Shown: in pieces, positions 40,649 to 48,392 of the stretch
Layout: each line of letters opens with the position of its first letter
Position numbering within the stretch: the stretch's first letter is position 1
NCBI GenBank assembly: GCA_017461065.1
Contig: JAFTZC010000014.1
Location: 1 to 54,370 of the forward strand
Reading direction: 5' to 3'
Source of the DNA: Clostridia bacterium
GTDB taxonomy: Bacteria > Bacillota > Clostridia > Christensenellales > DTU072
DNA: 54,370 nt
Notes under the pieces: model-generated
Databases searched by the model: none
Seen by the model: only the letters and a program-made list of their open reading frames with translations
Told to the model about the DNA's origin: nothing
Translations under genes and position numbers: made by a program

Positions 40649-40695
40649 AATGCGAAATGCGAAGTGCGAAATACGAAATGGCTTTGCTTGGCAAA
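40649..40695 (+). repeat. Heptamer tandem array plus small hairpin
   Basis: AATGCGA AATGCGA AGTGCGA AATACGA, then TTTGC-TTG-GCAAA. Confidence 0.75.
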
Positions 40696-40772
40696 CAAGG
40701 ATTAAATATAATCTTGTATGGTTGATATTTGTATGTTATAATATCTTTATATATAATAAGGAGAAAAATATA

Positions 40773-41267
40773 ATGTTTGACGATATTGGTAATAAAATAA
40801 AGAAACTTGCTAAAGTAATGTATATTATTGAGGTGCTTTGTTGCGTTATAATCGGAATTGTAATCTTTATTTTATCTGCAACAGAGAACAATGGATTAAC
40901 GATACTCTATGGACTTTTAATATTAATATTAGGACCAATTTTTGCTTGGTTAGCTACTTTTGTGTTGTATGCGTTTGGTGATCTTGTGGATAATGTTGCT
41001 GCAATTAGAAATAAGGTTGCACCAGCTGGTTTTGGTGAGCAACTAAATAAAGAAAACATTGTTGTATCTGTTCAGGATGAAAATAGTGATGTTGATATCA
41101 CGCCTTTAGAAGATAGTGATAGTGGAGTTGGCGTTTGTGAGAGATGTGGTATTATCGATGTGCCGGTTTGGAAATGTGTGATTAAAGACGAAAAAGGTGT
41201 ACATTATAAAAAATTGTGTATTGATTGCATAACTGATGCAGAAAGCAATGCAGAGATAGTGGATTAA
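40773..41267 (+). CDS. AT-rich hypothetical membrane protein (2 TM, C-terminal CxxC...CxxC)
   Basis: AAGGAG SD, own promoter TTGTAT-17-TATAAT (40714-40742), CERC and CIDC. Confidence 0.8.
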   Translation: MFDDIGNKIKKLAKVMYIIEVLCCVIIGIVIFILSATENNGLTILYGLLILILGPIFAWLATFVLYAFGDLVDNVAAIRNKVAPAGFGEQLNKENIVVSVQDENSDVDITPLEDSDSGVGVCERCGIIDVPVWKCVIKDEKGVHYKKLCIDCITDAESNAEIVD

Positions 41268-41287
41268 TCAGTAGAATAAATAATATA

Positions 41288-41314
41288 AACATCCTTAAGG
41301 GGTGTTCTTATTAT
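41288..41314 (+). terminator. Possible terminator of the inserted gene
   Basis: AACATCC-TTAAG-GGGTGTT hairpin. Confidence 0.5.
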
Positions 41315-41396
41315 TGATAAAACTAATACTTGTAATCTTAGTCTCAATATGTTATTATATTATATATAATAAAAATTAAACTCAGGAGATTATTTT

Positions 41397-41972
41397 ATGG
41401 GTTATGAATTATTAGAAGTCGAAATGGTTTTTGACGATCTTGCTGAAAGAATTGAAAAAACCAAAGCAAGTCTTAGTAATGAATTTAAGTCAATGAGAGC
41501 AGGCCGTGCTAATCCACATATCCTTGATAAGGTTATGGTTCCTTACTATGGTATGGATACTCCCATCAACCAAATGGCTAACATCACCATTCCCGAAGCT
41601 CGTATGCTCGTTATCAACGTATGGGACCAAAGTGCTCTTAAGACCGTTGAAAAGGCAATTATTGCCGCTAACGTAGGCATTTTCCCCACCAACGACGGCA
41701 AGGTTCTTCGTATGGTATTCCCTGAACTCACCGAAGAAAGACGTCGCACTCTCGTTAAGGACGTTAAGGTTTCAACCGAAAACGCAAAGGTTGCTATCCG
41801 TAATATCCGTCGTGATGCTATCAATATGCTTCGTACCTACAAGAAGGACAGCATCGTAACCGAAGACGATTACAATGCTTACGAAAAGGACGTTGATAAG
41901 CAAGCATCAAGCGCTATTGCCGATATCGACAAGATGAGCTCCGAAAAAGAAACGGAGATAATGAGCGTATAG
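41397..41972 (+). CDS. frr: Ribosome recycling factor
   Basis: RAGRANP, PELTEERR, AIRNIRR. Confidence 0.97.
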   Translation: MGYELLEVEMVFDDLAERIEKTKASLSNEFKSMRAGRANPHILDKVMVPYYGMDTPINQMANITIPEARMLVINVWDQSALKTVEKAIIAANVGIFPTNDGKVLRMVFPELTEERRRTLVKDVKVSTENAKVAIRNIRRDAINMLRTYKKDSIVTEDDYNAYEKDVDKQASSAIADIDKMSSEKETEIMSV

Positions 41973-41976
41973 TAAA

Positions 41977-42663
41977 ATGCACTTATCAGTTATTATGGAC
42001 GGGGGTGGCCGTTTTGCCGCGAGCAAAGGTTTGCCGAGATTTAACGGCTACGTTTACGGCACCCGCGCCATACTTGATATAATTGATGCGTGCGACGAAA
42101 ATCGTATTTCGCATCTATCTTTTTACGTTTCCAGCAAGGAAAATCTCGCCCGTGGAATTGGCGAGAAGCTTGCTATTTCTTCAGTTTACGTAGATTTTAT
42201 CCAAAACACGCTACTTCCCATTTGCAAAACAAGGGGATACAAGTTGTTTTTTGTCGGCGACTTTGAAGCTCTTACGCCCGAACTTATGTCGACTATTGCG
42301 CTTGCAAACTCACAAACCATAAACAATAGGGGGGTGACCGTTGCTTTCGTGTTTGCCTATAACGGTATGCAAGAAGTTACCGATGCGTTCAACCAAGTTT
42401 TCAAGCAAAAGCTTATAAGCGGAGTGCTCACTCCCGTTACCACCCAAGAAGTTCAACAATATATGTACTCGGCATCACTCCCACCCGTTGATTGCCTTAT
42501 TAGGTACGGCGGCGCCCATAGGGTATCGGGCTTTTTGCCTTTTAGCATTGCCTACGCCGAGCTATTCTTTTTGGACAAGCTGTTTCCCGAGGCGGATAAG
42601 GGCGATATCTACGACGTAATCAAAAAATATAAGAAAATTAAAAGGAAGTTTGGTAAAATATAA
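41977..42663 (+). CDS. uppS: Divergent cis-prenyltransferase (UppS family)
   Basis: IMDGGGR, SKEN..R, DCLIR.GG..R.S.F, AYAELFF; frr-uppS-cdsA synteny. Confidence 0.8.
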   Translation: MHLSVIMDGGGRFAASKGLPRFNGYVYGTRAILDIIDACDENRISHLSFYVSSKENLARGIGEKLAISSVYVDFIQNTLLPICKTRGYKLFFVGDFEALTPELMSTIALANSQTINNRGVTVAFVFAYNGMQEVTDAFNQVFKQKLISGVLTPVTTQEVQQYMYSASLPPVDCLIRYGGAHRVSGFLPFSIAYAELFFLDKLFPEADKGDIYDVIKKYKKIKRKFGKI

Positions 42664-43520
42664 TGAAAATTCTTAAGAAAACACTTACAGGATTACTTAT
42701 GCTTGCCTTGTTAATGGGCTTTATCTTCCTAACTTCATTGTGGGATGGCAAAGGCCAATACTTCTTTGATGCTTTGGTAATTATAGTTCTTGCTCTTTCC
42801 ACCTTCGAAATGGTCAAATGCACCCGTTCAAAGGGATATAACGTAGAAATTATACCCTTGATTTTGGTTGTGCTTGCCGTTTATCCGTCAATCAAGTTCC
42901 TTGGATACTTTGGTTTCTTTATGGTGCTTGCCGGTGGAATGATTTTGTCTTTCTGCTTCTTCGTATTCGACCAAAAAGTAAAGCTCAAAGATATGCTAAT
43001 GACGTTGTTCATTATGTTATATCCAATCACTCCCATTATGTGTGTGCTTCAAACGATGAACGCATACGGTATGCTTCCATTCCTTTTGGCCGCTGCGGCT
43101 GCAATGCTTGCAGATACCATTGCTTATTACGCAGGCTCTGCCATAAAAGGACCTAAGATTTTCCCAAAAATCAGCCCCAATAAGACCTATTCGGGCTCAA
43201 TTATCGGTTTACTTGGCGGTGTAGCAGGCGCGCTTATCGTGTACGCAATGTTCGAGTATGCGGCACTCCCCGTAAACGCTCCCGTATTGTTCTCCGAAAA
43301 GCTATCTAACCCGATTTTGTTCTACTCACTAATGGGCCTTGCAATCGGCGTAGTTGCCGAAGTAGGCGATTTGTTCGCTTCTCGCGTAAAGCGCGAACTT
43401 GAAATCAAAGACTTCTCCAATCTGCTTGGTTCACACGGTGGGCTAATGGATAGATTGGATAGCATAATATTTGCCGTGCTGTTCGTAGCAGTCGTAATCG
43501 AATTTTTACCACTCGCTTAG
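42663..43520 (+). CDS. cdsA: Phosphatidate cytidylyltransferase
   Basis: ISPNKT, GDLFAS..KR..IKD, HGGLMDRLDS. Confidence 0.95.
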   Translation: MKILKKTLTGLLMLALLMGFIFLTSLWDGKGQYFFDALVIIVLALSTFEMVKCTRSKGYNVEIIPLILVVLAVYPSIKFLGYFGFFMVLAGGMILSFCFFVFDQKVKLKDMLMTLFIMLYPITPIMCVLQTMNAYGMLPFLLAAAAAMLADTIAYYAGSAIKGPKIFPKISPNKTYSGSIIGLLGGVAGALIVYAMFEYAALPVNAPVLFSEKLSNPILFYSLMGLAIGVVAEVGDLFASRVKRELEIKDFSNLLGSHGGLMDRLDSIIFAVLFVAVVIEFLPLA

Positions 43521-43521
43521 T

Positions 43522-44667
43522 ATGAAAAAAAGAATTGCTATCCTTGGCGCAACGGGTTCGATAGGTCGTCAAGTGTTAAGTGTAATAGGCGATGAGTATG
43601 AAGTAGCAATGCTCTCTGCCAACGTTAACGGAGAACTCCTTTCTAAGGAGTTTTTCGGCTATAAAACGCCCGTTACAATCATCAGCAATTCAACCTACGA
43701 TATAGCTCAAAACGACCGCAATAAACACCTTTTTTCTACGAGCGTACTTGCCGACAAGGATACTTATCAAGGCATTGACGTAGTGGTTAACGGCATTAGT
43801 GGTATCGACGGCGTTCTCCCAAGCTTTGCCGTCCTTGAGAGCGGAGCAAAGCTAATTACCGCCAACAAAGAAACCTTTGTTTCGGCAGGTTACCTATTTA
43901 TGGCTCGCGCAAAAGAGCTTGGTGCAATGGTGGGGGAAAGAATTATCCCCATTGATTCCGAGCACTCGAGCGTATGGCAATGTCTTAAAGGGGAAAACTT
44001 TGATAACGTGAGTTACATTACGCTTACTGCCTCAGGTGGCGCATTCCGCGACCTATCAAAGGAAGAAATCAGCACTAAGGATGCAAGCTTTGCCCTAAAT
44101 CATCCCACTTGGAAAATGGGCAAAAAGGTGACCGTGGACTCGGCTACTCTTATGAACAAAGGGTTTGAAATTATCGAAGCAAAGCACTTGTTTAACACCC
44201 AAAATATTAAAGTGGTAGTGCATCGCGAAAGCATCATTCACTCGATGGTAACTTTCAAAGATGGGTGCTCAAAGCTTCAATTTTCAGCACCTGATATGCG
44301 ACTTCCCATTGCTTATGCACTCACCGAGCCGACAAGAAAATCAATGGATTTGGGGCTAAGCACACCGTCACTTTTCGATTTAGCTAATCTCAAGTTTTCT
44401 ACTCCTGATTACGATAGGTTCCCTTGCCTAAGGATAGCTACCGAAGTCGCTTTGATAGAAGATGATTTTAGTGCTTGCGTTATGTGCGCTTCCGATGAAG
44501 TTGCCGTTGAGCTTTATCTCAAAAATTTAATATCATTTTATGATATAAGTGATATTATATCTCAGTCCCTTGCAAAGTTTAATGTCGGCAAAGTGTCAAA
44601 ACCCGACGACGTTTTGATTATATATCAAACGGTAAGGGAATATATTTTAAGTATAATCGGAGGCTAA
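43522..44667 (+). CDS. dxr: DXP reductoisomerase
   Basis: GATGSIG, ANKE, PIDSEH, HPTWKMG.K.TVDSATLMNKG.E. Confidence 0.96.
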   Translation: MKKRIAILGATGSIGRQVLSVIGDEYEVAMLSANVNGELLSKEFFGYKTPVTIISNSTYDIAQNDRNKHLFSTSVLADKDTYQGIDVVVNGISGIDGVLPSFAVLESGAKLITANKETFVSAGYLFMARAKELGAMVGERIIPIDSEHSSVWQCLKGENFDNVSYITLTASGGAFRDLSKEEISTKDASFALNHPTWKMGKKVTVDSATLMNKGFEIIEAKHLFNTQNIKVVVHRESIIHSMVTFKDGCSKLQFSAPDMRLPIAYALTEPTRKSMDLGLSTPSLFDLANLKFSTPDYDRFPCLRIATEVALIEDDFSACVMCASDEVAVELYLKNLISFYDISDIISQSLAKFNVGKVSKPDDVLIIYQTVREYILSIIGG

Positions 44668-44669
44668 CG

Positions 44670-45779
44670 ATGTTTTTAGCTACTTCCTTTTCCGAAATAA
44701 TGGCTAACGTTGGCTATATACTGCTTGCGCTTTTAGCTTTGATGTTTATGGTCGTCGTTCACGAACTCGGCCATTACACGGCGGGAAAGATTTTAGGCTT
44801 TAAAATTATGGAGTTTGGCATAGGCTTTGGACCTGCCATCTTTAAGCGTACCAACAAAAAGACGGGCGAAGTGTTCTCTATCCGCCCCATACCGCTTGGC
44901 GGCTTTTGCCAATTTGAAGGTGAAGACGAAGAGGGTAACGAAAGCCCAACCGCCTTTAACAATCAAGCTCCGTGGAAACGATTAATCGTTCTATTCTCTG
45001 GTGCCTTTATGAATTTGGTATCAGGCTGGATGATTATCGTTATATTCTTTTCCGTATACGGACAAGTGCTACCCCAAATTGCCGACGTTTACCCCGACTC
45101 GCAAAATGCCGAAACGTTGGAAGTAGGTGACACTTTCCTAAGATTAGACGGCAAACAGCTAAACGTACTTTTGCAAGAAGACGCAACCGAAGCCTTCCGC
45201 AAAGCAGGAGATAGTGTGGAAGTAGTTGTATTGCGCGACGGCAAGAGAGTGGAGCTTACCCTTAAAAAGGGTAATTACCTAATCGGCGAGTACGACGAAG
45301 AAGGCAACTTCGTGCCAACCCTTGACGAAAACGGCAACGAGCAATATAACTATGGCTTTGGATTTTCGTCCTACGTCGCGCCCAAGAAACTACCTTTCCA
45401 TTTGTCTCTTGGTAGGTCGTTTGGGTTTATGTTCTTCTTGGTATTTGAAATTCTATCCGTGCTCGGCAGCTTGGTTACAGGCAAACTTGCAATGAACACC
45501 GTAGGTGGACCGATAACGACCATAACCGTTATGAAAGATGCGGTTTCAAGCGGTTTTGCCACCATTTCTTACGTGGTTTGCATAGTTTCGGCTAACCTTG
45601 CGGTTATGAATTTGTTGCCGCTTCCTGCTCTCGACGGCTCAAGAATGTTGTTTACCCTTATCGAGTGGATATTCCGCAAGCCTGTCCCGCGCAAGGTGGA
45701 AGCAATTATCCACACGGTGGGAATGTTGTTGATATTTGGTTTTGCGATATTTGCAGACGTACTGCAACTTATAAATTAA
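44670..45779 (+). CDS. rseP: RIP metalloprotease RseP/RasP
   Basis: HELGH, PDZ-like segment, NLLPLPALDG. Confidence 0.95.
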   Translation: MFLATSFSEIMANVGYILLALLALMFMVVVHELGHYTAGKILGFKIMEFGIGFGPAIFKRTNKKTGEVFSIRPIPLGGFCQFEGEDEEGNESPTAFNNQAPWKRLIVLFSGAFMNLVSGWMIIVIFFSVYGQVLPQIADVYPDSQNAETLEVGDTFLRLDGKQLNVLLQEDATEAFRKAGDSVEVVVLRDGKRVELTLKKGNYLIGEYDEEGNFVPTLDENGNEQYNYGFGFSSYVAPKKLPFHLSLGRSFGFMFFLVFEILSVLGSLVTGKLAMNTVGGPITTITVMKDAVSSGFATISYVVCIVSANLAVMNLLPLPALDGSRMLFTLIEWIFRKPVPRKVEAIIHTVGMLLIFGFAIFADVLQLIN

Positions 45780-45792
45780 AGGAAAGATACAA

Positions 45793-46812
45793 ATGACGAA
45801 GCGCGTTTACGTAAAAGATATTCCTATAGGTGGCGGCTCGAGAGTTAGTGTACAATCGATGTGCAACACTCTTACGAGCGATTTTGACGCAATCTTTAAG
45901 AGCATTTTGGAGCTTGCGGAAGCAGGTTGTGATATCGTGCGCGTATCAGTCCCCGACTTAGAATCTGTAAAATCCCTTAAAAAATTGGTTTTGGAAAGTC
46001 CCATACCCGTCGTAGCAGACGTGCATTACGACTATAAGCTCGCTTTAGAGAGTATCGAAGCAGGCGCACATAAGCTTAGGATTAATCCCGGCAACCTAAA
46101 AAAAGAGCATCTTCGCCAAGTGGCAATGCTTGCAAAGGACAGGGGTGTTCCAATCAGAGTAGGCGTAAATCAAGGATCCCAAAGCGTAAAGCTATCCCCA
46201 AGCGAGCTTGCAAAGCTATGTCGTGATACTGCGCTCTATATGGAAGACTGCGGCACCGACGAGCTTGTGCTTGCCGTAAAGAGCAGCAGCGTTATGGATA
46301 CGATTTCGGCATACCGCGAGCTAAGCAAAATGACCGATTATCCTTTGCACGTGGGCTTAACCGAAGCAGGAACATTAAATATGGGCGTTACCAAGTCGAA
46401 TATCGCGATAGGTGCATTGCTTGCAGACGGCATAGGTGATACAATCCGCGTATCTCTCACCACATCTCCCATAAGGGAAGTGGAAGAAGGCAAAAAGATA
46501 CTACGTGCGCTCGGACTTGACAAAAACTTTGTTGAAGTCGTGGCTTGTCCAACTTGCGCGCGCACTTGCATTGACGTCGAAAAATATGCTCAAGAGATAG
46601 AAAATCTTACCAAAAACGTCAAAAAACCGCTAAAAATTGCAGTTATGGGCTGCTCCGTCAACGGCATCGGCGAAGCTAAAGGCGCTGATTTCGGTGTATG
46701 TGGCGGCAAGTCTCAATCGATTATTTTTAAGGATAGCGAAGTGCTAAAGAGCGTGGATAACTACAAGGTTTTGGACGAACTTATCAAATTGACGGAGAGT
46801 TACAATGATTAA
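45793..46812 (+). CDS. ispG: HMBPP synthase
   Basis: VQSM, RINPGN, IGDTIRVSL, CPTCAR, MGC.VNG.GE. Confidence 0.97.
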   Translation: MTKRVYVKDIPIGGGSRVSVQSMCNTLTSDFDAIFKSILELAEAGCDIVRVSVPDLESVKSLKKLVLESPIPVVADVHYDYKLALESIEAGAHKLRINPGNLKKEHLRQVAMLAKDRGVPIRVGVNQGSQSVKLSPSELAKLCRDTALYMEDCGTDELVLAVKSSSVMDTISAYRELSKMTDYPLHVGLTEAGTLNMGVTKSNIAIGALLADGIGDTIRVSLTTSPIREVEEGKKILRALGLDKNFVEVVACPTCARTCIDVEKYAQEIENLTKNVKKPLKIAVMGCSVNGIGEAKGADFGVCGGKSQSIIFKDSEVLKSVDNYKVLDELIKLTESYND

Positions 46813-48352
46813 TAACGATGATAGCTTTGGATACCTTCTAAACGACGGTTTGAGCGAAAAAGAGCGCATTTTTAAGCTTTCAAAAGCCATTTTAAACGAG
46901 CAAGAAGAACTCGTAATCAGGCTTCTTGTAGACGCTGACGACTATGATAAATACCTTAGCGACGAGCTAAAAGCTAAGGTTAGGGCAATTGTCAAAGGAA
47001 TGATTCCCGAAGGAGTTATATTCCATATCGTTTACGTCAAAACCGAAACCACCGAGAAATATCTTACTCAAAAAATACAAGAGTTCTTCTATGAAGAAAG
47101 CACTTTGATATACGGCAAAATCAAGGATGCTAAAGTTACAATCGAAATCGATTACGGTACCGTTACTATCAAAATAGGCGTTACACCCGACGTTTACGGA
47201 TATTTGCTGGAGTGCAAGTACGACCAAAAGCTTGCTTCTTACGTAGGCGAATTCATTATGGAAGAAGCGGAAATCGAGTTTTATCGCGTTCAAGACGATA
47301 AAGCAGCCGAAAGGGGACTACGCAAGATAAAAACTGTTGGCTCAGTTCGCTCAAGCGTTAGGCTCGTTGATATAAGAGTAAACGTTAACTTTTATGGCAC
47401 CGTTGCAAAAAAGCCTATGTACATATGCGATGCTATCAAAAAAGAGCACGAAAACGTCTCTCTTTGCGGCAAGGTTAAGGAAGTCAAGGAACTCCAATCA
47501 AAGGCCGGCAAGATATTCTTTAAGGCGGTTATAGACGATACTACCGCAAGCGTAGGCGTACTTTGTTTCCCAAGATTTCCATCTCAAATCGAAGCCGTTA
47601 GAGGTTATCTTATCCCCGACGTGGAAGTTTGCGTAGAAGGCGAACTTAAAATGGACGAGCGTAGCGGTAGTTATAATTTGTTTGCACGCAGAATTGCTCA
47701 AGTGCAAATCGATTACTCGAGTATCAACACCGACGTCGTTTATAACGAAGCTCCCGAGTATTACTCCACCATTACCCCTGCAAAATACGTTGAAACCGAG
47801 CAAGCCGATTTGTTCGTTGGCGAAGGGGCGTTGCCCGAGCTACTCAAGGGTGAAATCGTCGTATTTGACCTTGAAACCACGGGCCTTACTCCTGCAAGCT
47901 GCAAGATTATCGAAATCGGTGCCGTCAAAATGGTCGACGGCGTAATCAAAGAAACGTTTTCAACCCTCATTAACCCGATGGAGCATATACCGGAAGATGC
48001 TTCAAACGTAAACCATATTTACGACAAAGACGTAGTGGGTGCACCCGAATTCAAGGAAGTCATTCCTGACTTTTATAAATTCTGTCAAGGGGCCACGTTA
48101 TGCGGTCACAACGTTAGTTTTGACATAGGATTTTTGACCTATCACGCAAAAAAGGAGTTTTATAACTTCGAAAACCCATCAATCGACACTCTTGACCTTG
48201 CCAAAAGAATTCTCAAGCGCGAGAACCGCAACAAGCTCGAAAATCTTTGCAAAGAGTTCGGCATTAACCTTGAGAACGCCCATAGAGCGCTATTTGACAC
48301 CATAGCAACAGCTAAAGTTCTCAAAAAACTCGCACAACTATCAGAAAAGTAA
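46805..48352 (+). CDS. PolC-derived protein: N-terminal domain + OB fold + DEDDh 3'-5' exonuclease, no polymerase core
   Basis: Exo I VFDLETTG, Exo II GHNVSFD, Exo III HRALFD; OB-like IDDTTAS segment; QADLF motif; located after ispG. Confidence 0.8.
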   Translation: MINNDDSFGYLLNDGLSEKERIFKLSKAILNEQEELVIRLLVDADDYDKYLSDELKAKVRAIVKGMIPEGVIFHIVYVKTETTEKYLTQKIQEFFYEESTLIYGKIKDAKVTIEIDYGTVTIKIGVTPDVYGYLLECKYDQKLASYVGEFIMEEAEIEFYRVQDDKAAERGLRKIKTVGSVRSSVRLVDIRVNVNFYGTVAKKPMYICDAIKKEHENVSLCGKVKEVKELQSKAGKIFFKAVIDDTTASVGVLCFPRFPSQIEAVRGYLIPDVEVCVEGELKMDERSGSYNLFARRIAQVQIDYSSINTDVVYNEAPEYYSTITPAKYVETEQADLFVGEGALPELLKGEIVVFDLETTGLTPASCKIIEIGAVKMVDGVIKETFSTLINPMEHIPEDASNVNHIYDKDVVGAPEFKEVIPDFYKFCQGATLCGHNVSFDIGFLTYHAKKEFYNFENPSIDTLDLAKRILKRENRNKLENLCKEFGINLENAHRALFDTIATAKVLKKLAQLSEK

Positions 48353-48392
48353 TATTGACAAATAAGTATATTTATTTTATTATACTTATGTA

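Noticed and set aside
46805-48352. Frameshifted polC pseudogene
   Set aside because: No polymerase-core remnants follow, the PHP part is cleanly absent and the exonuclease motifs are intact.
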